A DNA stretch of 64,000 nucleotides from Alphaproteobacteria bacterium (GTDB lineage: Bacteria; Pseudomonadota; Alphaproteobacteria; CALKHQ01), in the NCBI GenBank assembly GCA_965227515.1, contig CBDDFZ010000001.1:928001-992000 (forward strand). The letters are read 5' to 3'. Each line of letters begins with the position of its first letter. Position 1 is the first letter of the stretch. The notes beneath the pieces are model-generated. The model searched no databases. It saw nothing but the letters and a program-made list of their open reading frames with translations, and was not told the origin of the DNA. Shown here in pieces: positions 9,143-18,645 of the stretch. Both the position numbers and the translations under genes were made by a program.

Positions 9143-10393
9143 ATGACCGTTCGATTCGCAGACAGCACACTGGCCGCGGCAGTGCTGGCCGCGACACTCT
9201 GGGTGGGATCGGGCACGGCCTTCGCCGACCTCGAATCCGGGCTCGCCGCCGCCGAGCAGGGCGACTATGCCACCGCCTATCTTGAGCTGAAGCCGCTTGC
9301 CGACGAGGGCGATTCCACCGCCCAGTACAACATCGGCGTCATGTTCCAGCGCGGCCTGTATGTGCGCCAGGACGTAGTCCGCGCGGCGGAGTTCTATCAG
9401 GCCGCGGCCGAGCAGGGCCATCCGATCGCCCAGTACAATCTGGGCCTGCTGGCCGAGCAGGGGCTGGGCATCGAGCAGGACTACGAGCTTGCCCGCCGGC
9501 TCTATGAGGCGTCCGCCGCCGAAGGCTGGCCGCACTCGCTGATCAACCTCGGCCGCCTCTACGCCAATGGCTATGGCGTGGAGCAGGACATGCAGGAGGC
9601 CCTGCGGCTCTATCGCGAGGCCGCCGACGAATACGACCTGCCGTCGGCCCAGTTCAACATCGGCCAGCTCTACGAGCGGGGCCGTGGCGTGCCGGAGGAC
9701 CTGGCGGAAGCCGCGCGCTGGTATGCGCTGGCGGCGGAGCAGGGCTTCCCCCGCGCGCAGCTCAATCTGGGCAAGCTGTTCCTCAACGGCGTCGGCGTCG
9801 AACAGGACCTGGACCGGGCCATGGAGCTGTTCCAGGCCGCCGCCGCCCAGGGCGACGGCGCCGCCATGTACAACATCGGCTACATGTACCACGAGGGGTT
9901 GGGCGTCGACCGCGATCCGTCCGAGGCCGCCAAGTGGTACGAGCAGGCGGCCACCGCCGGCAGTGCCGCCGCCGCCAGCCATCTCGCCTATCTCTACGAG
10001 GTCGGCGAAGGCGTGGAGCAGAACACCGAGACGGCGCTGTTTCTGTATGCGCGCGCGGCCGAGGCCGGCGACCCGGTCGCCCAGTACAATCTGGGCCGCA
10101 TCTTCGCGGTCGGCGAGCTGGTGGAGCAGAACCTCGACCGGGCGTTCGAGTTCTACATGGAGTCCGCGCAGCAGGGCGAGCCGTTGGCGCTCTATAGCCT
10201 GGCGCTGATGTACGAGACCGGCAGCGGCGTCGAGCAGAACCTGCAGCACGCCATCCAGCTTCTCAACCTGGCCGCCATGCGCGGCCTGCCGGAAGCCGAA
10301 GCGAAGCTGGAGGAACTGGGTGGGGTCGCCGGCGACGCCGACGAGAACATGGACCTCACCGCCCCCGAAGGCGGATCTGACGGGGACGGGTGA
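9143..10393 (+). CDS. Secreted Sel1-like repeat protein (9 repeats)
   Basis: Signal peptide MTVRF...TAFA/DL; nine AQYNLG..Y..G.GV.QD...A..WY..AA.QG-type repeats; acidic tail. Confidence 0.92.
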   Translation: MTVRFADSTLAAAVLAATLWVGSGTAFADLESGLAAAEQGDYATAYLELKPLADEGDSTAQYNIGVMFQRGLYVRQDVVRAAEFYQAAAEQGHPIAQYNLGLLAEQGLGIEQDYELARRLYEASAAEGWPHSLINLGRLYANGYGVEQDMQEALRLYREAADEYDLPSAQFNIGQLYERGRGVPEDLAEAARWYALAAEQGFPRAQLNLGKLFLNGVGVEQDLDRAMELFQAAAAQGDGAAMYNIGYMYHEGLGVDRDPSEAAKWYEQAATAGSAAAASHLAYLYEVGEGVEQNTETALFLYARAAEAGDPVAQYNLGRIFAVGELVEQNLDRAFEFYMESAQQGEPLALYSLALMYETGSGVEQNLQHAIQLLNLAAMRGLPEAEAKLEELGGVAGDADENMDLTAPEGGSDGDG

Positions 10394-10482
10394 TTAATTC
10401 GGGGACAGTTTACTAATCATCATATCGGCCTGTAGGGGTCGAAGATTCTCAGGCAATAATTAGTAAACTGTCCCCGAATTAA
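10394..10482. repeat. Perfect 24-bp inverted repeat enclosing 41 bp (MITE-like or bidirectional terminator)
   Basis: TTAATTCGGGGACAGTTTACTAAT (10394-10417) / ATTAGTAAACTGTCCCCGAATTAA (10459-10482); AT-rich, between convergent genes. Confidence 0.85.
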
Positions 10483-10527
10483 CGGCAGTTGCCCGAACTG
10501 ATACGCTCGAAATGACGCCGGGATGCC

Positions 10528-11280
10528 TCAGCGCCCGCCGCTGACGTCGATGACCGCCCCGCTGACATAGGACGACCGGTCCGACAGCAGCCACATCACC
10601 GTGTCCGCCACCTCGGCGGCGGTGCCGGCGCGGCCGGCCAGCGGCACGGTCTTGGCCATCGCCTCGAACTGCGCACCCTTGCCGTAGATCTCGTGGATCT
10701 CGGTGTCGATCAGGCCGGGGCGCACCGAATTGACCCTGATGCCTTCGTGGCCCAGTTCCTTGGCGAGCCCGATGGTGAAGGCATCGACCCCGCCCTTGGT
10801 GGCGGCATAGGCGGCCATGCCCGGCAGTCCGCCGGTCTTGGCCGCGACCGACGAGATGTTGACGATGGCGCCGCCCGGCCCGCCGAGCGCGGTCGACATG
10901 CGGCGGATCGCATGCTGGGCAGCGGTGAAATAGCCGGTCAGGTTCAGTGCCCACAGGGCCGCCCAGTCGGCCGGGTCGGTGTCGGCGACCCGCGCCATCG
11001 GGCCGATCACACCGGCGTTGTTGACCAGCGCATCGAGGCGGCCGAACGCCTGGTCCACGCCCTCGAACAGCCGCGCGGCATCGTCCGGCACCGCCATGTC
11101 GGCCTGCAGCGCGACCGCCCGCCCGCCGGCGCCCTCGATCTCGCGCACCAGGGCTTCGGCGGCGGCGGCGCTGCTGTTGTAGTTGATCGCCACGGCGTAG
11201 CCGTCTACGGCCGCGGCACGCGCGACTGCCGCACCGATACCGCGGCTGGCCCCGGTGACCAGCACAACCTTTTCCGTCAT
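10528..11280 (-). CDS. SDR family oxidoreductase
   Basis: TGASRGIG, NNAG, YAATK, PGLIDT; GGGGGA RBS before MTEKV. Confidence 0.93.
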   Translation of the reverse strand: MTEKVVLVTGASRGIGAAVARAAAVDGYAVAINYNSSAAAAEALVREIEGAGGRAVALQADMAVPDDAARLFEGVDQAFGRLDALVNNAGVIGPMARVADTDPADWAALWALNLTGYFTAAQHAIRRMSTALGGPGGAIVNISSVAAKTGGLPGMAAYAATKGGVDAFTIGLAKELGHEGIRVNSVRPGLIDTEIHEIYGKGAQFEAMAKTVPLAGRAGTAAEVADTVMWLLSDRSSYVSGAVIDVSGGR

Positions 11281-11420
11281 CTTGAATTCCCCCTTTTCCG
11301 GCGCTTGCCGCCCCGCGAGACGCGCAATGTCACATCTGCCTGCTTGTGCTGGCACCCGGCATCATTCGTCGCTATCGTCCCCCACCAATAACAACGATCC
11401 GTGCAGGAGGGGAGTTCGGA

Positions 11421-12194
11421 ATGCGCCTTCAGGACAAGGTAGCGATCGTCACCGGGGGCGCCCGGGGAATCGGGCGGGCGATCGCCGAGGGCTATGCGCG
11501 CGAGGGCGCGACGGTCGCGGTTTGCGACGTGCTGACCGCCGCGGCGGAAGCGACCGCGGAGGAGATGGGCGGCAAGGCGTTTGCCGTGGCGGTGGACGTG
11601 ACCGACCAGGAGTCGATCGACGCCATGGTCGCCAAGGTTATGGAAAAATGCGGCCGCATCGACTTGCTGGTCAACAATGCCGCCGTGTTCGACCTGGCGC
11701 CGCTGGAGGACATCACCCAGCGCAGCTACGACCGGGTTTTCGACGTCAACGTCAAGGGGCTGTTATTCGTCACCCAGGCCGTGGTGGCCAAGATGCGCGA
11801 GGGCGGCCATGGCGGCAAGATCGTCAACATGGCGAGCCAGGCCGGCCGGCGCGGCGAGCCGCTGGTGGCGGTCTACTGCGCCAGCAAGGCGGCGGTGATC
11901 AGCCTCACCCAGTCGCTCGGGCTCAACCTGATCAAGGACAAGATCTACGTCAACGGGATCGCGCCGGGCGTGCACGACACCGACATGTGGGAAGAGGTCG
12001 ACGCCCTGTTCGCCCGCTATGAGGGCCTGGAGATCAAGGAGAAGTTCCGCCAGGTCGAGGCGGCGCTGCCGATCGGGCGCTTCGGCACCGCGGAAGACCT
12101 GGTCGGCGCCGCGATCTTCCTGGCGTCGTCCGAAAGCGACTACGTCGTCGGCCAGACCATAGACGTCAACGGCGGCAACTGGGTGTCGGGGTAG
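11421..12194 (+). CDS. SDR, sorbitol (L-iditol 2-) dehydrogenase-like
   Basis: TGGARGIG; MASQAGRRGE.LV.VYCASKAAVISLTQS.GLNLI is characteristic of alphaproteobacterial sorbitol dehydrogenases. Confidence 0.85.
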   Translation: MRLQDKVAIVTGGARGIGRAIAEGYAREGATVAVCDVLTAAAEATAEEMGGKAFAVAVDVTDQESIDAMVAKVMEKCGRIDLLVNNAAVFDLAPLEDITQRSYDRVFDVNVKGLLFVTQAVVAKMREGGHGGKIVNMASQAGRRGEPLVAVYCASKAAVISLTQSLGLNLIKDKIYVNGIAPGVHDTDMWEEVDALFARYEGLEIKEKFRQVEAALPIGRFGTAEDLVGAAIFLASSESDYVVGQTIDVNGGNWVSG

Positions 12195-12212
12195 GGAAAG
12201 CCGCCCCTCGCC

Positions 12213-13427
12213 ATGGCCATCGCCACCACCGCAACCGTGATCGACGACACGCGCGCCAAGCGCAATGTCGGGGTGTTGTTCCTCACCCATGCCATCCTGG
12301 GCGCCCAGATGCCGATCCACATCATCCTGGGCGGGCTGGCCGGTGCCCTGTTGGCGCCGGACCCGGCGCTGGCGACCCTGCCGATCTCGTTCACGGTCCT
12401 GGCGTCGATGTTCACCGCGGCACCGGCATCGCTGTTCATGGGGCGGTTCGGCAGGCGGACCGGGTTCCTCACTGGGGCGCTGGCCGCGTCGCTCGGCGGC
12501 GCCTGTTGCATGGCAGGCCTGTTCCTGGGCAGCTTCGAGCTGTTCCTTGCCGGCAGCGCGCTGCTCGGCATCTACCAGTCGTTCCAGGGCTATTACCGGT
12601 TCGCCGCCGCCGACACCGCGTCGCAGGCGTTCAAGCCGAAAGCGATTTCCTGGGTGCTGGCCGGCGGCCTGATCGCTGCCCTGCTGGGGCCGGAGATCGC
12701 CCAGAACACACGCGACTACCTGACGCCGGTGCCCTATGCGGGCGCCTATGGCGCCACCCTGCTGGTCAACATCGTCGGCGCCGTGGTCCTGCTGTTCCTC
12801 GATATCCCGACGCCGCCGCGCCGCGTGCGCGGCACCAGCACCGGCCGGCCGCTGGGCGTCATCCTGCGCCAGCCGAAGGTCGCGGTCGCCATCATCTGCG
12901 GCATGGTCAGCTTCGCGCTGATGAGCCTGGTGATGACCTCGACATCGCTGGCCATGGTGGGCTGCGGCTTCTCGCCCGACGATGCCGCCGATGTCGTGCG
13001 CTGGCACGCGTTCGCGATGTTCGCGCCCAGCTTCTTCACCGGCTCCATCATCGCCCGCTTCGGCCAGATCAAGGTGATGTCGGTCGGCCTGGTGCTGCTC
13101 GCCGGTTGCGGCGCCGTCGCGCTGAGCGGTGTCGACCTGACCCAGTTCTACGTCGCGCTGATCCTGCTCGGGCTCGGCTGGAACTTCGGCTTCATCGGCG
13201 CGACCAGCCTGCTGGCGAGCGCGCATGAGCCCGAGGAGCAGGCCAAGGTGCAGGGCCTGAACGACTTCCTGGTGTTCGGCCTGGTCTCGGTGGCCTCTTT
13301 CAGCTCCGGCGCGCTGCTCGACGCCCATGGCTGGGACGTGGTGCAGTATGCGATGGCGCCGGCCCTGGTGCTGGCCGGCGGCGCCATCGTCTGGCTGGTG
13401 CTGCGCGGACACCACCGCGCGGCGTGA
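12213..13427 (+). CDS. MFS transporter
   Basis: 404 aa, about 12 TM, MGRFGRR loop, YRFAAAD, LGLGWNFGFIGAT. Confidence 0.9.
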   Translation: MAIATTATVIDDTRAKRNVGVLFLTHAILGAQMPIHIILGGLAGALLAPDPALATLPISFTVLASMFTAAPASLFMGRFGRRTGFLTGALAASLGGACCMAGLFLGSFELFLAGSALLGIYQSFQGYYRFAAADTASQAFKPKAISWVLAGGLIAALLGPEIAQNTRDYLTPVPYAGAYGATLLVNIVGAVVLLFLDIPTPPRRVRGTSTGRPLGVILRQPKVAVAIICGMVSFALMSLVMTSTSLAMVGCGFSPDDAADVVRWHAFAMFAPSFFTGSIIARFGQIKVMSVGLVLLAGCGAVALSGVDLTQFYVALILLGLGWNFGFIGATSLLASAHEPEEQAKVQGLNDFLVFGLVSVASFSSGALLDAHGWDVVQYAMAPALVLAGGAIVWLVLRGHHRAA

Positions 13428-13509
13428 GACGGGGCGTCTCCGGGAAACAGGCCTGCTTCGGCACCGCCAATTGACGACAGTTGCTTGCAGACCTGAGCCC
13501 ACCAACCAT

Positions 13510-13540
13510 CGTCGCCCTCGCCACAAGGGCGAGGACGACG
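13510..13540. repeat. Short hairpin, collapsed copy of the type C palindromic element
   Basis: CGTCGCCCTCGCC-ACAAGGGCGAGGACGACG; ends match the element at 43884-44072. Confidence 0.65.
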
Positions 13541-13551
13541 CATAGTTCTGG

Positions 13552-14079
13552 CTACTCGGCGGCGGCGGCCGCGACGGGCTGGATCTCGATATCCAGGTTG
13601 ACCGGCACCGGCTTGGTCAGGATGTCCAGCACCGGGCAGTGGGCGTTGACCGCGCCGCGCAGCATCTCGAGCTGCTCGGGCGATGCGCTGGACTGCAACG
13701 TCACCGTGCCGTGGATGCCCTGGTAGCCCGGCCTGACGCTGTCGTCGACGGCGAAGAAGCCGCGCAGGTCGATGTCGCCGTCGAGCTTGACCGAGACCTG
13801 TTCCAACGGAATGCCGAGCGCGGTCGCATAGGCGCGGTAGGTGATCTCCTGACAGGTGCCGAGGGCCGCCAGCACCAGTTCCACCGGGTTCGGCCCCTTG
13901 TCCGTGCCGCCCAGCATCTCCGGCTCGTCGACCTCGACCGCGTGGTCGCGCATGGCCGCGCGGGTGTGCAGGCCCTCCTGCAACGCCGACGCCGATGAGA
14001 ACGTCACCTTCGCTGCCTCGGGGTCGGCCTGGAATTTGGCCTGGGTGTCGACGATCACCTGGCGCAGTTGCTCGCTCAT
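13552..14079 (-). CDS. OsmC/Ohr family protein
   Basis: DEP..LGGTDKGPNPVELVLAALGTC, DLRGFF, HCPV.D (two conserved Cys); GGGAGG RBS. Confidence 0.92.
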   Translation of the reverse strand: MSEQLRQVIVDTQAKFQADPEAAKVTFSSASALQEGLHTRAAMRDHAVEVDEPEMLGGTDKGPNPVELVLAALGTCQEITYRAYATALGIPLEQVSVKLDGDIDLRGFFAVDDSVRPGYQGIHGTVTLQSSASPEQLEMLRGAVNAHCPVLDILTKPVPVNLDIEIQPVAAAAAE

Positions 14080-14216
14080 GTTGGGTTACCTCCCTTGTCG
14101 CCCCGGCTGCTCGGGGTCTGTGCGGGGAGTTCAGGCCAACTGCGGCACGGCCTTCAACAAACGAATTCTGACGTTGGCGCGCCTCAAGTTCACAAGGCCT
14201 GAATTAACAGATCGGA

Positions 14217-15422
14217 CTACTTGTATGGATCGGCGGCGTCGCGCAGGCCATCGCCCAGGAAGTTGAACGCCAGCACGACGATGATCACCGGCACCATGGG
14301 GTAGATCAGCCACGGGTGCAGCACCACGTCGGTGAAGTTGGTCGCCTCCTTCATCAGCACGCCCCAGCTCACCGCCGGTGAGTCCAGCCCCAGGCCCAGG
14401 TAGCTAAGCGCGGTTTCGGCCAGGATCATGCCGGGGATCGACAGGCTGGCCGACGCGATCAGGTGGCTGGCGAAACTCGGCAGCAGGTGCCGCCCGATGA
14501 CCCGCGAGGGCTTGGCGCCCATCAACTGCGCCGCGGTGGCAAAGTCCTCCTCGCGCAGCGACAACAGTTTCGAGCGCACCGCGCGGGCAAGCGACGGCCA
14601 GTCCAGCAAGGCCAGGATCAGGGTGAGCCCGAAATAGATCCACACCATGTCCCAGGTCGCGGGTAGCGCCGCGGACAACGCCATCCACAATGGCAGTTGC
14701 GGGAACGAGCGCAGGATCTCGATGATCCGCTGCACCGTGCTGTCGACTAGGCCACCGTAGTAGCCGGCCAGGCCGCCGAGCACGATGCCGAGCATGAAGC
14801 TCAAGGTGATGCCGACCAGGCCGACGGTCAGCGAAATGCGCGCGCCATAGATCATGCGCGACCACACGTCCCGGCCCAGCCGGTCGGCGCCCAGCCAATA
14901 GAACACGCCATCCTCTGGCGGGCAGATGAAGTGGAAGTCCATCTCGATCAGGCCGAGCCAGAAGTACTCGTCGCCGGAGCAGAAGAAGCGCAGAGGTTGC
15001 GGGTTCGTCGTGTCCTCGCCCCAGACCGGCAGGAAGGTCTCTGTGTCGATACCCTCGTTCTTCACGCCATAGACGAACGGCCCGATGAACTCGCCCTCGT
15101 GGAACCAGTGCACGTCCATCGGCGGCAGGAAGATGTGGTCGTTGGACCGGGTCTCCAGCGCGTAGGGCGCCAGCATCTCGCTGAACAGGACCGAGAGGTA
15201 GAGGATCGCCAGCACGACGGCGGAGATGACGGCCAGCCGGTGGCGCTTGAGCTTCCACCACATCATCGTCCACTGCGACGCCATGTAGTAGCGCTGCATC
15301 TCCGGCGACATTTCGGTTTCGGCGGCCGGCTCGAACGGATCGTCGGAGACGAAGTGCGGCAGCCGGTCGGGCGGCGCGTCGCTCACCGGGCGTTCCGGGC
15401 GGCGTCCGGTCATGTCGCTCAT
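14217..15422 (-). CDS. ABC importer permease (DppC/OppC-like)
   Basis: LGADRLGRD.WSR..YGARISL, EAA-loop, FNFLGDGLRDAADP; ATGA overlap with the upstream permease. Confidence 0.93.
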   Translation of the reverse strand: MSDMTGRRPERPVSDAPPDRLPHFVSDDPFEPAAETEMSPEMQRYYMASQWTMMWWKLKRHRLAVISAVVLAILYLSVLFSEMLAPYALETRSNDHIFLPPMDVHWFHEGEFIGPFVYGVKNEGIDTETFLPVWGEDTTNPQPLRFFCSGDEYFWLGLIEMDFHFICPPEDGVFYWLGADRLGRDVWSRMIYGARISLTVGLVGITLSFMLGIVLGGLAGYYGGLVDSTVQRIIEILRSFPQLPLWMALSAALPATWDMVWIYFGLTLILALLDWPSLARAVRSKLLSLREEDFATAAQLMGAKPSRVIGRHLLPSFASHLIASASLSIPGMILAETALSYLGLGLDSPAVSWGVLMKEATNFTDVVLHPWLIYPMVPVIIVVLAFNFLGDGLRDAADPYK

Positions 15423-16414
15423 TTGGTCTGCCCCCCGCCGAGCCGGATGCGCGGGTCGAGCACCGCGAGCAGCAGGTCGGACAGCAGCATGCCGAGCACG
15501 GTCAGCGCGGCCAGGAACATCAGGAACGAGCCGGCCAGGTACATGTCCTGCACTTGCAGCGCGCGCACCAGCATCTCGCCGGTGGTGTTCAGGCCCAGCA
15601 CGACGGAGACGATGGCCGCACCGCTGATCACCTCCGGCAGCAAATTGCCGATGTCGGCGATGAACGGGTTCAGCGCCATGCGCAGCGGGTACTTCACCAA
15701 CAGCTTGCCGCGCGGCACGCCCTTGGCGCGGGCGGTGACGACATACTGCTTCTGCAGCTCATCCAGCACATTGGCGCGCAGGCGGCGGATCATGCCGGCC
15801 GTGCCCGAGGTGCCGATGATCACAACCGGCACCCACAGGTGGGACAGGAACGAGCCGACCTTGCCCCACGACCATGGCTGGTCCCGGTACTCGTCGTCCA
15901 ACAGGCCGCCGATGTCGGTGTCGAACCACTCGTTGGCCAGATACAGCATGACGATGGCGAGCAGGAAGTTCGGGACCGCCAGTCCGAGGTAGCCGATGAA
16001 CGTCGCCAGGTAGTCGCCCGGGCTGTACTGGTAGACGGCGGAGTAGACGCCGATGGGGAACGCCACCGCCCAGATGAACAGGATGGTGAAAAAGTTCAGC
16101 AGGAAGGTGAAGAAGAAGCGGTCGCCGACCACCTCCGACACCGGGCGGCCGTAGTCGAACGAATAGCCCAGATTGCCGCGCAGCAGGTCCCACAGCCACG
16201 AGAAGTACTGCTCGATGAACGGCCGGTCGAACCCGTACTCGGCCATCAGGAAGTCGAGCTGCGCGCGCCCGGCCGGCCCCTGCGCCTCCAGCTCCGACAG
16301 CATGTTGGAGATGATGTCGCCCTCTGGCAGCTGGATAATCACGAAGATCAGGAAGCTGATGACCAGCAGGGTCGGGATCATCACCAGCAGTCGATGGGCG
16401 ACATAGCGCAGCAT
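15419..16414 (-). CDS. ABC importer permease (DppB/OppB-like)
   Basis: MLRY..RLL..IPTL, GNLGYSF, YVVTARAKG, LDPRIR. Confidence 0.93.
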   Translation of the reverse strand: MLRYVAHRLLVMIPTLLVISFLIFVIIQLPEGDIISNMLSELEAQGPAGRAQLDFLMAEYGFDRPFIEQYFSWLWDLLRGNLGYSFDYGRPVSEVVGDRFFFTFLLNFFTILFIWAVAFPIGVYSAVYQYSPGDYLATFIGYLGLAVPNFLLAIVMLYLANEWFDTDIGGLLDDEYRDQPWSWGKVGSFLSHLWVPVVIIGTSGTAGMIRRLRANVLDELQKQYVVTARAKGVPRGKLLVKYPLRMALNPFIADIGNLLPEVISGAAIVSVVLGLNTTGEMLVRALQVQDMYLAGSFLMFLAALTVLGMLLSDLLLAVLDPRIRLGGGQTK

Positions 16415-16436
16415 GTCGGTCGGTTATGCCGGCTTT

Positions 16437-16677
16437 CCCTCTCCCGCGCCGCGAAGCCGCACGCGGCGCGGCCTGGGAGAGGGAGGGGCCCAGCCGCAGG
16501 CTGGGAGGGTGAGGGCATCGGCGCGGTGGTCAGCGCTCTCGCGGCGACGAAGGCGAGAAGACGTCATTGCTGCCCGCACCTCCAGGCCGATGCGCGGGGT
16601 CAAACCATTGCCCTCACCCTCCCGCAAACCTTCGGTTCGCGGGTCCCTCCCTCTCCCATCCTGCGGACGGGCGAGGG
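16437..16677. repeat. Composite palindromic element type D (two facing CCCTCTCCC..GGGAGAGGG..GGGTGAGGG units, 95-bp spacer)
   Basis: Units 16437-16515 and 16611-16677; inverted homologue at 49912-50140. Confidence 0.85.
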
Positions 16678-16704
16678 TAAATACGGCGAAGGCGCGTGGC
16701 GGCA

Positions 16705-18603
16705 CTATTCCATCCAGAAGGAGTCGGGGCGGTACATGCCGAACTGGGCGCCGGGGTCCCAGTTGTAGATGCCGTCCACCGGCACGTTGTGCAGGCGGTT
16801 GGACACCACCACCGGCTGCGGCACCTGATTGACGGTGCCGATGGTGAAGACGTTGTTGGTGTAGATCTCAACCATCTCCTTCCAGATCGCCGCGCGTTCC
16901 TCGCTGGAGGAGGTCTCGCCCCAGTCGAGATAGAGCTCCATCAGGCGCTCGGCTTCCGGCATGTCGACCGCCAGTCCGGCACCGCCCTTGGTCTCGTAGA
17001 ACTGGCCCCACATCGGCCACTGCCACTGGTCCTGGGTGGTCGGTGCCAGCTCCCACGGCGACATGTCGGGGGTGGGAATGCCGTTATCCAACCCGTTGAA
17101 CACCGACATGATGGTCTCGCCGGAATAGATGCGGTTGCGCAGCGCCTCGCGCTCCTGGGGCCGGATGAAGATGTTGACGCCGATGTTGCGCCAGCTCTCC
17201 GCGATCAGCTCCAGCATGTCGGAATGCTCGCTCGACTCACCGGTCGTCTCGACCACGATCACCACCGGACGGCCATCGGGCAGCAGGCGCACACCCTCGT
17301 CGTTGCGCTCGGCCAGCCCCATCTCGTCCAGCAACGCGTTTGCCGCGTCGTAGTCCAGCGTGACCCACTTGTTGGCGACCGCTTCCTCGTACAGCGGACT
17401 GGCCGGCAGGATGGTGTTGGCCCCCGGGGTCGCCATGTTGAAGAACAGGGCAGCGTTCAGGTCGTCGCGGTCCACCGCCATCGACAGCGCGCGGCGGAAG
17501 CGCACGTCGCGCAGCACTTCGCGCCACACCGGATCGGCGGCGTTCAGGTTGGGAATGATGGCCATCCGCGAGCCCTGGCCGGTCCGCCACAGGTTCATGG
17601 TGTAGTCGCGCTCGCCCTCGTTCTGCTTCAGGAGCGGCGCGTCGGTCAGCGACAGGCTGCGTGCCTGCAGGTCGCTGTCGCCGGTGGCGGTCTTGGCGGC
17701 GATCAGGTCGCCGGCGGCGATGTCGACATAGACGGTATCGATGTACGGGAGCTGGTGGCCGGCGGTGTCGATGCGGTGATAGTAGGGATTGCGGGTGAAG
17801 ACGTAGCGGTCCGACAGCTCGTCGGACTGCAGGATCCACGGCTGCAGCGTCGGCAGGTCGTCATTGTCCTGCCGGTGCAGATTGTCCAGGTCGTTGTGCA
17901 GCGAGGCCCAGGACCGGCTCTGGTTTTCCTCGACCATGGTGGCGATCTCGCCCGAATCGCCGTAGTCGATGTGGAATTGCTTCAGATAGTGGGCGGGCCG
18001 ATAGATGAACAGCGGCGAGGCGCCGGCCAGCGCGGGAATGAAGAACGGGTTCGGCGCCGGCCACGTGTAGCGCACGGTCTGTTCGTCGATCACCTCGAAC
18101 TCGGGCGGCGAGCCGCCCACCAGCATCTGCACCGGCGGGCCCGACGGCGCCAGCTCGGGGTTCAGCGCCACGTCTTCCCAATAGTAGCGGAAGTCCTCGG
18201 CGGTAAACGGCGCGCCGTCCGACCACTTATGCCCCTCGCGCAGATGCAGCGTGAAGATGCGCCCCTCCTCGACCGTCAGGTCGTCCAGGACGTCCGGCAC
18301 GATCTCCAGGTCTGGGGTGAAACCGACCAGCCGCGAATAGCCATAGACCGTCATCAGCCGGGTGTCGCGCGAGCGGCCGAACAGCATCCGCATGGTGCCG
18401 CCGTACTGGCCGGTGACCTTGCCCTCGGCCTCCATGTCCACGATCAGCGGGTTGGCCGGGATGCGGGCGTCCACCGTCGGCAGCCCGTCGATATCGATCA
18501 GCCCCTGGAAGAAGGGCGGCTCCTGCATCGTCGGCACTTGCGCTGCGGCGACTGAGATTGCGCAGGCCCCAAACAGGCTAGAAAGTAGGATCGGCTTCAT
18601 CAT
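16705..18603 (-). CDS. ABC substrate-binding protein, family 5 (peptide/oligosaccharide)
   Basis: Signal peptide; LP.V..R.P..P, G.YGG, LREGHKWSDGAPFTAEDF, RNPYY..DTAG.QLPYID, RFRRALS.A.DR. Confidence 0.93.
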   Translation of the reverse strand: MMKPILLSSLFGACAISVAAAQVPTMQEPPFFQGLIDIDGLPTVDARIPANPLIVDMEAEGKVTGQYGGTMRMLFGRSRDTRLMTVYGYSRLVGFTPDLEIVPDVLDDLTVEEGRIFTLHLREGHKWSDGAPFTAEDFRYYWEDVALNPELAPSGPPVQMLVGGSPPEFEVIDEQTVRYTWPAPNPFFIPALAGASPLFIYRPAHYLKQFHIDYGDSGEIATMVEENQSRSWASLHNDLDNLHRQDNDDLPTLQPWILQSDELSDRYVFTRNPYYHRIDTAGHQLPYIDTVYVDIAAGDLIAAKTATGDSDLQARSLSLTDAPLLKQNEGERDYTMNLWRTGQGSRMAIIPNLNAADPVWREVLRDVRFRRALSMAVDRDDLNAALFFNMATPGANTILPASPLYEEAVANKWVTLDYDAANALLDEMGLAERNDEGVRLLPDGRPVVIVVETTGESSEHSDMLELIAESWRNIGVNIFIRPQEREALRNRIYSGETIMSVFNGLDNGIPTPDMSPWELAPTTQDQWQWPMWGQFYETKGGAGLAVDMPEAERLMELYLDWGETSSSEERAAIWKEMVEIYTNNVFTIGTVNQVPQPVVVSNRLHNVPVDGIYNWDPGAQFGMYRPDSFWME

Positions 18604-18645
18604 CGTGGCGGCTCCGTCGGCTCATTCGAGCTTGTTTATGGACAT

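Noticed and set aside
14085-14195. Short upstream ORF ending in TGA plus a hairpin before osmC (possible selenocysteine read-through or leader peptide)
   Set aside because: No convincing start or RBS, the TGA is not in frame with osmC, and osmC has its own RBS and both Cys.
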